A DNA stretch of 64,000 nt from Marsupella aquatica (lineage: Eukaryota; Plantae; Marchantiophyta): the NCBI GenBank assembly GCA_973895155.1, contig OZ316892.1:28048307-28112306 (forward strand), written 5' to 3'. Below are positions 11,760 to 23,863 of the stretch, piece after piece; position 1 is the stretch's first letter; the number at the start of each line of letters is the position of its first letter. Under the pieces are notes generated by a model. The model did not search any database. It worked only from the letters and a program-made list of their open reading frames with translations, and was not told where the DNA came from. A program made the translations under genes and the position numbers.

Positions 11760-14700
11760 ATGGCAGCGTTGCGCGGGCCGAAGACTTACGAGTGCGAGCC
11801 GCAGCGACATCCGTCTCTGCAGATCAATTCGAAGGCATGTCTGTCTTTCCCCATGTGGAGATTTTTGGGATCCCGGTATTTGTTCAATTTTGTGTTGGTC
11901 GTGCTGATGATAGCAAAGCTGCATTTTCCCGATGCTGTAATCGTGTTCCGTCGGATAATGTGGCAATCCGACCTCGATGGAGTTTCTGGAGTTTGTTTTT
12001 GGCATGAGAACGTTTTTCCGGCTTCTTAGGGCGCAAAGTCGTGGTTTGGACTTCGAGAATTTCGTCGATGGGCTTCAATGCAGTGTGATATTTGGTCTAC
12101 TTGCAACGGTGATCAGTCAGATTTTAACGCAAATTGATCTTGAAACAGCTCAGTGAAGTTGGATTTTGGATGCTATTGTTCTTCCTCCTATTTTCTCCTC
12201 CTCCCTGGCTGATTGGGAGAGTTTGGGGGTACGCTGTGTTACAATTTTTGAGGCTGATTATAATCAGATGTGAGAAAGTTTTGGTGAATTTTGAAATCAT
12301 GGTCATCTTGAGCTGGATGGCACTTATCTATTCGTTCTGCTCTCCTGGCGCAATTGGGGAGTATATACATATGCTCTGGTACAGTATTGCGGCTGATGAT
12401 CATCAGATGTGACAATTTTCTGGTTGAATTTCTGAACTAATTACCTTCTGGTTTGCTTTTCTGAACTATTATGGGGACAATGCTGACTGTATTTGGACTC
12501 TCTGCCGTCCTGTGTGTGAACATATTTTGAAGGGTAATTCTGCGTTTTTTCCATCTCAATTTAATCCCTGACATTTTCGTTCAGGAGCCCTTCAATGCGG
12601 AGCCTCAACCAGGAGATCTGGTGACATCCTACATTACTCCGACTGAATTCTTCTACAAGCGCAATCATGGACCAATCCCGTTGCTGGATGATCCTGCCTC
12701 GTATGTAATTTCTTCTAACAATTGGCGAGAAATCCGATAGCTGTGTAAATTTTAGGTGTCAAGAGTGTCTATAGCAGTTAATAGTCGGTCTCCGAGGGTG
12801 TCCTACTCTCGCTTGGAATGTTCCTGTTTGGTATATACTAGACACTCTCCAACACTAACAGTTTTTATGCTAAGCAATTCTCCAACGATTGATATTTGTA
12901 ATATTTATCCTCCATGAAATACTTGCTCTGCAGATACCGTTTGGAGATAACTGGTTTGGTCCCGAAGCCCTTGAGTCTCACTTTGCAAGACATAAAGTAA
13001 GCAAATAATTTTTCGCGGCATCTTCCTCGTTCCTTGGTGCTTTAATTTAAAGAATTATAATCTTAAGTGATGAAGGGTCTCCTCCGGGCCTCATGGGCCT
13101 TTCGATTCTGAGTAAAGCTTCACGGTTGCAAATTGCAGGGCTCTGAAGAAATACAAAGTGGTGGCCACCTTGATGGTGAGCGTGAGCTTTTCGTTTTATC
13201 ACTGTCTATACCGGCTAGTACCTCTTCCGTTTGTTCTTTTATGGGGCATGGGTTGTCGAAATGAAATGTTTGTCATCCTCTGTTTTGGTAATTGCTTATA
13301 TTTATGTCAACGAGCTTCAGTGTGCAGGAAATCGCCGGACAGCTATGAGTCTCACACGGAAAGTGAAAGGAGTTGGTTGGGGTTTAAGTGCTCTTGGAAA
13401 TGGTGAGCTTCGATCTGAATCTGCATTTATCTAATAGCAACGACAGTGATACAGTGCTTCATGGTAGGATTTGGGATTGGCCATGCGGAACGTTTTTACT
13501 AGTATCTTAAAATTCAGACATTTTCAATCACTAGATAGGAGCATTCACAGTTGTACCACAAGACGGGCCTATCTTGAACGGATGTTCTGTCTGGGAGAGA
13601 ACAGGAGAATGGGCTGGAGCACGACTTGCAGATGTGCTAGAACTAGTCGGAATGCCTCATTGTACTATGATTTCGGCAACAGGTGGCAAGCATATCGAAT
13701 TTATCAGTGTTGATTCTTGCAAGGTCATTCTTTGCATGATCTCCAGTACAGCTCAATCATTAGTTCATTGATAGCTATTGCTTCTGTTTTAGATGGAGTC
13801 AAGCTTTGAAAATTCAATCTTATGATATCTTTTCATAAGATATCATAAGTTCAGTCTTAAGTTCAGTCTTACATCTTATGAGATTATTTTGGTTCCAAAT
13901 TGACTATTGGGTTGAATCTCGAGAGACGCATGTCTTGTGGTGGTGGTTGCCAGAGCTGAATTCCAGCCAGTCAAGCAATCCAACCTGCATAGTGTACGAA
14001 ATGTGGGGAACATAACCATATGACGGTACATTATTGCAGGAGGAAGAGGGAGGACCATATAAGGCATCAATTCCAATGATAACAGCAACCAACCCAGACT
14101 TTGATGTGCTTCTAGCCTATGAGATGAATGGCAAAGTAAGTGTGTATACTTGCTAGTCAAAAATATACTCTTTTGATTATGTAATTACAGACAGATTGAT
14201 TGAAGAAAGGCACCGGTATCTGTTGGACTGTTTTCGAACGTTGGAAAGTAATGCACTGTCACTAAGCTTTGAGAAACAAGATGTACCGTAGGATGTAAAT
14301 GGAATGCTAGCTAGGGAAGTGTAGAAAGATATTATCGTCTGAGAAAGTTGGGTTGGAGTCCGGTTAACAATTTCCCAAATGATGTGACCAGGAGCTAACC
14401 AGAGATCATGGATATCCTTTGCGAGTAGTGGTCCCAGGACTCATCGGGGCACGGTCAGTGAAGTGGATAACCACTATTGATATCATCTCCGGTGAATGTG
14501 ATGTAAGGTTTATGTCACAGCCATTTGTTCTGTTTGGCACCTTCTTTCACAACGTTGTGCCCCGCGCTTTCAATCAGCAGCATAAACTTACATCCCAGCA
14601 ATTGTCTATGCAAAGGGATTTCAGCCATATTTAATGTCGAACACTTGGTTAATTGTCACTTTGGGTTGTTGTCCTTTCCTTCCCTTTCCTTGCAGGGTTT

Positions 14701-15917
14701 CTTTCACCAGCTAGACTACAAGATGTTTCCCCCATGGGTTGATTGGGACAATATCGTGTGGTCATCACGTCGCCCCATAATGGACTTCCCTGTGCAGGTA
14801 AAAGTTTTGCACGGTCACGAGGAAAAGTATAGATTTCTGTCATCATTTTACGAACGGGAAATTGTTGGGAGCAGGCAGTGCTGATGTGGATTTTCCAAGT
14901 TAATGTGCCGAGTTTGATACATTTTAATGCACTAACCTTCATTTGGGGTTCTCCCTATTTGCATGATTTTGGCAGTGCGCCATCTGCACACCATTAGATG
15001 GGAGCCACGTCCAAGGGGGAAGCACGGTCAGTATATCTATTCCGTCAATTGTCTTATATGGATGTTACAGAATTATTAAGCTGTATTCATTCCCTGGGGT
15101 ATTGGCTCGACATTTTGCAGCGATATCCGTCTCGCAAAATTGATTTGCAAACCTTTGGTCTCATCCATGGTGCGATTTTGTTTTGCTATGCTTGCAGTCT
15201 CTCACAATGACTCTACTTTTAGCCTATCTGTAAGAATGCCTGTTTGCAGATATATGAGCTTTTTTCGGATCGTGGACGAATGGAATCATTATACTGATCA
15301 GGGAGCGATGGGTCGATGAATTTTCAGGTTAAGATTAGTGGCTATGCATTGAGTGGAAGAGGGCGTGGCATAGAGCGTGTTGATGTCTCCGTGAATGGTG
15401 GTAAAACTTGGACTGAGGCTACTCGGCTACAAGGTTCAGACCCTTACGTTTCAGATGTGGATGAGCGGCGGCAAAAATGGGGTTGGGTTTTGTGGGAGCT
15501 GAACACGACACTGTCCCTTCCTGCAGAGATCGTAGCCAAGGCTGTATGTGGTCTTGTGTACATTTTACGCTTACATCGATATTATTGCGAAAGATTTGTG
15601 AAATCGTCTGGAAATAAGACTCTGCAAACCTCACTTATGTCTCTTCTGACCAGGGAGGTTTTGCAATATCTGTAATCAGTTAGTCACACCACAGAAAATT
15701 CTTCAAAGTTCCAATATGCTTGTCATGATAACTGGAGTAGATGTTACTGAAGCAATTCTGAATACTTCCTTTGCCCTTGCAGGTCGATAGTTCAGGAAAT
15801 GTGCAGCCGCAGGATGTAAACGACATCTGGAACCTGCGCGGTGTCTTGAACAACTCCTGGCATCGAGTGCACGTCAACCTTATGCCTGACGTGCCGCAGA
15901 TTACATCCACTATGTAA
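11760..15917 (+). CDS. SOX: Plant sulfite oxidase (Moco enzyme lacking a heme domain), 12 exons, 400 aa
   Basis: Exons 11760-11834, 12585-12700, 12934-12996, 13139-13175, 13321-13402, 13605-13723, 14040-14135, 14392-14502, 14696-14797, 14976-15026, 15328-15543, 15783-15917 join in phase: [55 protein letters not shown] (Mo-liganding Cys)..[41 protein letters not shown]. Colinear with Arabidopsis sulfite oxidase as recalled. Confidence 0.97.
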
Positions 15918-16899
15918 GATTGTTCTAGAAGTGTCACATATATGAAGTTTTGACTATATTTAGAGCTTTTGAGTTGTGGATCGGACACTGACCGTCCATG
16001 GGTATGAGGCAATTGTGTAACCGAGTTTTTAGTTGTGATTTGCTCTAACTCGATCAGTGATGGATGAATTAGACGCAGAATTTCTTCAGATCTGTATTGC
16101 GCGGATTTCTGATGCAAGCTCTCGTACTTTATCGTCCGATTGGTGTGTTTTTGGGTCCGCAGAGGGCCTGCTTTGCAACTGGAGTGATTTTGAAAGACTG
16201 CTCCATGAATAGAGCTGTTTTGAGGGGCTTGCTGAGGGTGAGTAGTGTCCGTTTCGGGCCTACTTGTACACTGTAAGCATGTGTACTCCGTATGACTATG
16301 ATGTATGTGAGTCGCAATTTGAGAGTATGTTCAATTGTCAGATCATTTTTTTCTTGATTGTCAGCTCAAGTTGACAACTAACAATAAACGATTCAGATTT
16401 GAGTCTTTGCACGGCTTCAATTTGTCGAGCCTTTTTAGTCTGGTCTCCTGTTTTCTTTTGCTTCTTTGATCTTTTGCTAAGTATCATAACATTCTTGAAC
16501 CCTGCCTTGACCACATCGATAGTTGATCCCGTTCCTTCGCTAGCATTGAAAGACTTCACGAGGTTGATAATGCTCAAATGATGTAACCTGTTCTATTACA
16601 TCTACGCTAACCAATCTCCAAGAAACGATGGCACGAAAAAGTTGAGGTGGAATTAGCCCGAAGTATTGCTCAGAACTGAACAGGACCCAGAGCATGAGAA
16701 GACAAGTTGAAACGAAAACAGTCTGGTCCTTTCCCCTTCCCCCTAGGATATCCTTGCAATTGGTTCCAAATCCTTTGCTCTGAATAAGGTAGTGTCCACG
16801 AGTAAGCGAAGACTGGATGGGTGACGCTCCTGTTCCAAAGCAAGATTCTTAAAACATCATTATTTCAGGATGAATGTAACAGATTCAATCGGTCGGAGT

Positions 16900-17880
16900 T
16901 CATCGAATAAAATCTGTGAATGCTAAATGCTGGAGTGTGCATGAGCTTTGTACGAGTTTTGTAGACATAAATGCCATCAGTTTCCATGGAGTAGCTGTTT
17001 CCTGGTACAAAAATGGTCTCGATCAGGACTGCTGAACAAAACACGCAGCTGATGGAGAAGCCCTTCTGTGGAGGTCTCTAGCTCCATGATATGTCGGTGC
17101 CAAATAGATTCGAACCAATCTGCAGATCCAGCCCTCGCATACAAGCAATCTCCATAAAACGACACCTCACAGTATGACACCACCCCAATCCGAGCTGCAT
17201 TTGCCCAACCAGATCCCAGACGTATATGTCCGGTGAATTCCCTTTAAAAGATGTGCAAACGGAGGACGTCGGTAGGATGATTTCTCTCTGATGGAATAAA
17301 CAGAAAGTGCAGTTCTGTCTTCCAAATCCTCGTGTCTGACCACCGTGGCTCCTTCGAGCGGCACCAATCTCTTGCATCACGGACTTGGCGATTTGGAATT
17401 GCTACTTGCCAATGCTTCACCTACTGAAGTAAGTTATAAGTTGTCTATGGCAACCTTGTAGCGATGCAGTTCAAGGTGAACTCGTCAGTGATCGCGGGAA
17501 GAAGAGCCTCCAACCATTTCTTATGACTGTGATTTTTGCAAAGGAGAGAGAGCAACACACATCGAGGCCTTATTAGATTGCTCAAATTTGAGCGAGATCA
17601 TACAACTGAACTGAAGAGGAACATGAACTGGACATGACCCAACCGCATCAGTCCTTCCTGCCGTGAAATTAGTATCCTCTCATATTGTGACAACAATCCC
17701 ACGACACGCCTTCATCATGAACTGAAACCACTTCAGTACACCGATGGAAACAACATGAACTGAATCAGAAGCAGAGTCTAGAAAGTGCACGTACGCAGGA
17801 CTCAGGTGTGTACAACCGTGCTCAAGACATTCCCGTTTCTGGCAATGCAGAAATGGAGAGTTGGAGAACAAAGGAGCTGC
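16900..17880 (-). pseudogene. Decayed DDE transposase fragment, CACTA/EnSpm-Plavaka-like (core region)
   Basis: Minus-strand HGCTHLSPAYVHFLDSASDSVHVVSIGVLKWF (17820-17725) fits HG..SP..F.D..DxxHxxxxGVxK of CACTA-type transposases; weaker downstream matches (KKWLEALL, KHW..QFQIAKSVMQ, KLMHTPAFSIHRF) are spread over several frames with stops. Confidence 0.4.
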
Positions 17881-18305
17881 GAAACATAGGGGATTGCGAA
17901 GGTGTGAGAGAAACCAAACACAAGTTTGATGAGTAAGGAAGACGCCCAGAAACCAGAAGCAAGTTTGATGAGAGAACGGGAACGAGAATGACTAACGAAC
18001 TTAAAAGACAACGAGGGCAAAACAATCAAATTCAGAAAGGGAAGTGGAAGCCAAAGAAAGATACACTGTTGAATCGAAAAAAGGACCATAATAAGGAGGT
18101 TCATCGAAGCCAAATGCAAATTGAGAGATATCCAGAAAATCGCGCTGCACCGAAGCTTTGCCCGTCGTTAACATCCGCGGGGACTATCGATCGGCCACAT
18201 CTTTTCGCCCGGGAAAATCATTACTTTCTGATTTCTGTCAATCTTTCACATTTTCAGGGCGTCAGAGGGGACGACAACGAGAGCGACTGTTGCTCTTTGA
18301 GATAT

Positions 18306-19485
18306 ATGGCGGGGGAAAAGAATTTGTGCAACCCGGCGTTTCTGGAGAGCTCGACAGAGAAATCAGAATCCGGGGAGGGAGCTGGAGTAAATGCGGTAGA
18401 GAGAACACGTTTGCGAGAGCAAGCACGGTCACAGAACATTTCTGCTGAGGTCTTTGAAGCAGAGGAAGAGGTTGCAGAACGGATTCAGTCTGCTGTGGCC
18501 GCTGACCGAATTGCTGACATCCGAGCAAAGGCAATTCCAAATAGATCAGCAGCGCCAGCAAGTCAGGGCTCTCTGGAGCAAGGTAAAAGTTCACACGCAG
18601 GCGAAAGGGACATTGGTGAGCGATTTTGTCAATTTGATTCATTCGTGACTTTCTTTATTGGATTCTCGTCCCTCGCTGCCGATGAGCCTCGAGGTCTGTA
18701 ATCAACTGTGTTCATTTCACTGCGACTTAAACAATCCTCCCTCTATCTTTGTTAACAATGCTTCCCATCGCTCTGCTCTCTGGTGCCACATTGGCTGCAA
18801 GATGACCATCAGTTTGCGCAACTTCGATTGATCTGACCTGCAGGATTTGATGAAGAGCGATGTGGGACTGTTATGCGTACAGCACATAATCTTTTAGCAC
18901 TCTCTTGCGCCACAATGGCTGCATGATGACCATAAGTTAGTGCATCTTCAGTGTTCGCGAAAGGCAGGATTATTTGTAGAACGGTGTATGACTGTTAAGC
19001 GCATAGCACATTATCTTTAAGCACGGCTACATGATGACCCTCATTTCGGTGAATCTTCCGTTGTTCTCGACCGGCAGGATATTTGAGGAACGGCGTATGG
19101 CTGTAATTCGTATATTGTATTTCAGCGTTCTGTTGTGATTGTGATCAGGTTCTTGTTACTTGAGTTGTTTGACTATGAACTATCTTGAAAAGAGGTGGTT
19201 CTTAGGAAAGAAGCAGCGAGAAGGACTGCTGAAGGAGAGTGTCAGATAATGGTCCATCTCTTCTCATGTTGAGGCTCGGGGCGAGGAGATAAATGATGAG
19301 AGAAGTGTTTCGACATTTCTTGTTGACTGGATTCCTACCCCTGGCCAGCTTACATTCAAGCCAGCAGGTTTGAATTAAAGCAAGCGTTCAACTCCCAAGA
19401 CAGTAGAGTCTGCAGAATTGATTGTCGAGAATTGTGAGAACAGGGAGAACGAAGATCGAAAGTCGAATTTAACATTGATTTAGTT
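18306..19485 (+). pseudogene. Degenerate gene of unknown function: helical Glu/Ala-rich exon plus a stop-containing downstream segment
   Basis: Acceptor TTTTCAG at 18257, ATG 18306 (MAGEKNLC..EVFEAEEEVAERIQSAVAADRIADIRAKA..), donor AAG|GTAAAA at ~18582; coding-like but interrupted sequence at 19149-19485 (LLELFDYELS*KEVVLRKEAARR). Confidence 0.3.
18786..19125. repeat. Three diverged tandem units of about 110-123 bp
   Basis: GGCT.CA.GATGACC....GCAGGAT.....CTGT.A.GCG.A.AGCACAT.ATCTTT.AGCAC recurs at about 18793, 18917 and 19025. Confidence 0.75.
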
Positions 19486-20063
19486 GTCAAGGACATTGAC
19501 TTTTACTCTGATTTCCAATTAGACATTATTGAGAACGAGTGCCTCTGCTGCAATTGAACCCTGTTTATTTAGGCTTGCTTTCCACGAACAAATATCGCAG
19601 AATAGGTGCGGCAACCCCAGGCTGAAACGAACATCCGTCAATTTTGCGTACTAGACTGAGAAAGACGCTTCACAAACAGGCTTTCACTGTTGTGTGCGGT
19701 TGACTATCATTTAATTGGATTGAAGCGCCAAAATTCAAGTGGCCCCGATGACCAGGCAAAATCGTTCTTTCTTTGTAGTGCAAAATCAACTCTATATCTT
19801 CACGTTCCATCGAATCGGAAAGTATCCTGATGGCGTCTGATATCATCTTCGGGTCTGGAGTTGTAATATCTTGTTTCTACAGTGACTCTCTATGCTCCCT
19901 GTGCAAATGTGGCTCGAAATGTGGCTTGAAATTTGTAACGTGGGCTGTGTGCACAGTGAACAATTTGTGTACCGTCATATACGACGGAGGAAATCGAAGA
20001 ATGTCCTGAATAGCAGCTCCAGCAGTAGTGGAGACAGCCCAAAGTGTGAACAATTTAGTTCTG

Positions 20064-20927
20064 ATGCCGCAGAGTAGCATGGAAATCGGGAATGGCAAGC
20101 AAGTTGCACAGGAGGGGAAAGAAATGGCAGTGCCTTTGCAGAAGGAGCAGGAGAATCATGGAAGGGCCTTGAGGCAGATAATTGACAAAGAACACGAGGG
20201 CACACTGGTAAGGGATTATTGGAAGTACTTTGCAGACTTCAGCAAGGGGATAAAACAGGAGGTCAAGCAGTTGATCCCTCGAAAAGTGTGGAAGAAAATA
20301 TATGCCGACTATAAGGTCAAACACCCCGTCTCGGAATTTCTGGAAGAGAGTCTAAAATCGCACTTGAGGGCAAGCATCAAAGATCTGAAATCGGGGGTGA
20401 AAAACCCTGAGGAATTCGAAGGCAGAACTGTCCAAGATGACAAGGTGATGGAGAGTTTCATGAGCACGGATGAGTGGCAGGCACGCAATCTGTTGAGGAC
20501 AAAATCTGATGCTGCCCAGGTGAATAGTGGACCTCTGAGGAATTCTGGTGAGAATGTTCAACCCATCGCTTCAGGTCAGCTTTCTAGCCATGCGGCACCT
20601 TCGGGCCAAACGGATAAGCCTGCTGGGCGACCTTCTACCAAGTCGCAGACCTTGAAGCGGGCTGCTGGGGAATTGATCTCTGAGATTTTGAGTGAGATTA
20701 AGAGACTGAAAGGTGATAGAACAGATGAGTTTGAGGCCAGACGGAGATTGGCTGAGTCCCAAACTGCTCTATCCCATGCAAAGAGAGAAGAGTTCGAGGC
20801 ACGACTACGCTTCCAGCAACAACAGAACATTCTTGGCCAAATTAAGCTCCTCGACAAGCAGAGGGAGCTAGGTCTTACAACAGAGGAAGAATTTACAGAG
20901 AAGTGCAAAGCAGTTTTTGGCTTGTAG
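20064..20927 (+). CDS. Intronless protein with Myb/SANT(trihelix/MADF)-like N-terminal region, coiled coil and C-terminal SHOCT-like motif (287 aa from first ATG)
   Basis: Longest ORF in the window (299 codons from GTG 20028; first ATG 20064). EGTLVRDYW..KVWKKIYADY..EESLKSHLR resembles a Myb/SANT-like fold; the end IKLLDKQRELGLTTEEEFTEKCKAVFGL matches the SHOCT pattern LxxLxxLxxxGxIxxEEFxxxKxxLL. Confidence 0.7.
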   Translation: MPQSSMEIGNGKQVAQEGKEMAVPLQKEQENHGRALRQIIDKEHEGTLVRDYWKYFADFSKGIKQEVKQLIPRKVWKKIYADYKVKHPVSEFLEESLKSHLRASIKDLKSGVKNPEEFEGRTVQDDKVMESFMSTDEWQARNLLRTKSDAAQVNSGPLRNSGENVQPIASGQLSSHAAPSGQTDKPAGRPSTKSQTLKRAAGELISEILSEIKRLKGDRTDEFEARRRLAESQTALSHAKREEFEARLRFQQQQNILGQIKLLDKQRELGLTTEEEFTEKCKAVFGL

Positions 20928-21532
20928 GAGCTCCAGGTCAGAATGTTGCATGTGGCTTAGTACCCAACTTGGTACTCGAGCTACCAGCGGTCCTTCTGTG
21001 AAACAATTTTGCACATACGGCGAGCGAGGATTTTCAAAGTTTGTAAATAGAACCAACTTTTCTCGTAATATCTTGATCCAAGTGTCTCGCTAGGCAAATA
21101 TGCTTTGGAATCTTGACCGTTTGCATCCAATTGCCTCAGGAATGATTTGTGCTACAGGATTTTGGGAGCTGAATTGAACTGAACTGAACTGAACTCTACT
21201 GCACTGTTCATGAACTGGAGAATCTTGATCTTGATGATTGACACGGGGTTTTAGCAAAAAGTCTCTTGTCAATATCTTCATTTTTCTTTCACTTGAAATG
21301 GGACATTATAATCAAGTACGTACATTAGATTTTCTATTCTTTCATTTCTGTGAAGTATGAGTTTGTTTATTTGACTTTCATTGTCATCTCACAGATCCTA
21401 TTAATTTCCTGATATTCAGTCAATAAACAAATGGAAGAAGACTCATCAAAGCATTTATCAAGAAAGTGTCTCATCTTTGTCCCACCAGGGGTCCAAGTGA
21501 CAAGACACTAGACCTTAGACTACATGGTAGGG

Positions 21533-22500
21533 TTAGAGAAAGTAAAACGTGAGCCTCTCCAAATCTGATTTTCTAACCACAAAGTTCCAAGTCTGGAGTG
21601 AAACCACAGCATCATCCACTTCACTCGACTGCAACACCCCGCACGAGAAAACGTTAATGGAAACCAGATAACTCACAGAGGCTTCGAAAGTGGATTCAAA
21701 AGCAATCTCACTTGTATGAACTGAGGCATCGATTCCAACAGTACCATTTAGAAACTTGGAGAGAGAGGAGGGGAAACACTTGTTGACGATACTATTACAG
21801 CCACGTCTTGAATGGTATGTCAGAATTGGACACGGCCAAAATGGATCGTGAATGGCTTGCTCAGCTGGCCTAATGCTCACATCTTGTTTCAGAATCAGCC
21901 AGTCACTATTTATCTTGACTCCTATGATTTGACGAACATTTTGGTTACTTTCAGTCAGAAAGAGTTGTCCTCAAGAGAACAACTCCATTAATGCTTGCTT
22001 CTCCTGGAAACGCTGGAAACAATGAGAAATGGGTCCAGTTGCTACGAAATTGTACACTAATTGTATCTCTTAAAGGCTCATTGCTACCTGTCAAAACTTT
22101 TCTTCCGAGCCTGGGATCCCACCTGGCGTATAGTTTGATGTAGTTCATTTACACAACAGCTCTGTGCTTCCCCAGGGAGGTGGAGACAGGTGATTGGCGA
22201 AGGTGGAAATCAGTTTACCGATGAATAGAATCCTGCCATGCCAAGAATCCGCCACCTATGTTGCAGGGCCTCATAGGACTTCAAGGACAAACAAGGGAAT
22301 CCATGCTGCAATCCAACAAACAGTCACAATCTCTTCACCGCAGAAGCCCTGGAAAACGTTCCCAGATTTAAGAACTTCAAGCCCAACCACTTCGTGAAGA
22401 AAATAGTAAGAAATGGTTGGAAGCGAGGGCGAACAAATGTCAAAAAGGTTCTCACTTGAATCCTCACACCAATATCATGACTCGAAGGTGGTCTCACTGG
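21533..22500 (-). pseudogene. Second decayed transposase-like fragment (C-terminal region), convergent with the Myb-SHOCT ORF
   Basis: Across frameshifts reads VL*GPAT..KLISTFANHLSP..LGKHRAVV*MNYIKLYARW (22280-22120), similar to the RFGP..SNxxxPSRDIA..GGxW segment of CACTA/Plavaka-like transposases, followed by a long open tail (..HDPFWPCP..YLVSINVFS..FYFL*). Confidence 0.33.
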
Positions 22501-23139
22501 ACTATTTCTGACTGATTTATTTTAAGGCTTGCTATGAACAATTTAAGGTAGCTTTCCCCAATCATGTAAGTTCATTGTACTTTCACAATGTTCATTCAGA
22601 AATCTTGCGGAGTCTCATCCAATTGATCCCATATCATTATGATGCACTTGAAATGTAGCCCACCCCGGTGATCTTGAAAGAAGCTAGTCTGTATGCAAAA
22701 GGGAGGTGAGGTGAGAGCAATTTGAAGCATTCGGTTACCATTTCTTAATTATCTTCAGGAGAAATTTCGCAAGAACTCAGCAGCATCACTTCTGAGTGAA
22801 GAGAAAGTGGGAACATACACAACGAGGGAGATTCTTCCTGCAAGTCAAAGCAAGGGAAGAATTTTTTAAAATCTACTCACTTTCATGTTCTGTCCACGCA
22901 TCCTCAACAAGGCAAGAAACGTGACAGACCCTCCAAGCCAGGGATATACAAGGTTTTAAGAGGAGAGCACCCATTCCCTTTGGTGTTTTCCGATATTTGA
23001 AACGAAAATTAGGAGCCATGCCAATTCCAAAGGAGACAGAGTCAGCCAAAATCGCATGAAAAGATTATGTCGCACTTAGAAATCAGTTAAGGACCAATCA
23101 CTCACATCAATCTGGACAACTGCTTAAAGGCTGCACTAA

Positions 23140-23863
23140 TTAGTGTAGAGATCCCACACTTTCCTTTGAAAGCACACGGTCCATGTTATTGATCCGTCCT
23201 TGAATAATTCGAAGAGTTTCAGTCAATGATCCCACTCGCTTTCGGATTCCAGACAATTTGGCTGCATGTTGTGCCCCCAAGGGTAAAGGCGTGTCGTCCA
23301 GCAACTTGTCCAACTCTGCCACAACGTAGCACTTAGGTTGGTCATTTAAGTCTGTTGCTGCTTACAAAACAAGCGACTGGGAGTTCCTCCGTGCTGCCAA
23401 AAAGAGTAAGACTGGTTCTCCACAATTTAAATTCATCAATCTATCATGAATTTATCTCTACCCTCAGCATTAGGGTCTAAAGCTGTGACACTCTGACAAG
23501 CAGAGAAGTGAATGTCTCCGGTCCCTTCTTGTTGGATGTGTTGGTTCAGGACAGTAGAAAAATAAATCATCGGAAAAAGGCATGAATTCAAAAAATTGGG
23601 CTCTGTCTCAAACCTCGAGTGAGACGGTCGATACTGCTCTGGAGAGTGTTCTGACTCTTGAGCACCTCATCCACCCTCGTTTCAAACATTCTAACAACGG
23701 GACCCAACACAGACGCGATTCCTCTCGCAATTGTTCCCGTCGCATCTCCTCCTTCTGCCGACGTACTCGTCTCTTCCGACAGAGATCCAACTCCAGCTTC
23801 TTGCCTTCCTTGCTCCTCCTCCAGGGGGAGGTTCACATCCACAGCGCCCACAGAGTGCGACAT
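23140..23863 (-). CDS. SNAPIN: Snapin / BLOC-1 subunit 7 (SNARE-associated coiled-coil protein), 2 coding exons, 141 aa
   Basis: Exons 23863-23614 and 23315-23140 (GT-AG, phase 1): ..IARGIASVLGPVVRMFETRVDEVLKSQNTLQSSIDRLTRELDKLLDDTPLP..QHAAKLSGIRKRVGSLTETLRIIQGRINNMDRVL, the plant Snapin signature. Confidence 0.88.

Noticed and set aside
17988-18305. N-terminal part of the 237-aa ORF as real coding sequence
   Set aside because: It is Lys/Arg/Gln-rich purine-biased sequence and crosses a pyrimidine tract with an acceptor at 18257; probably non-coding read-through.
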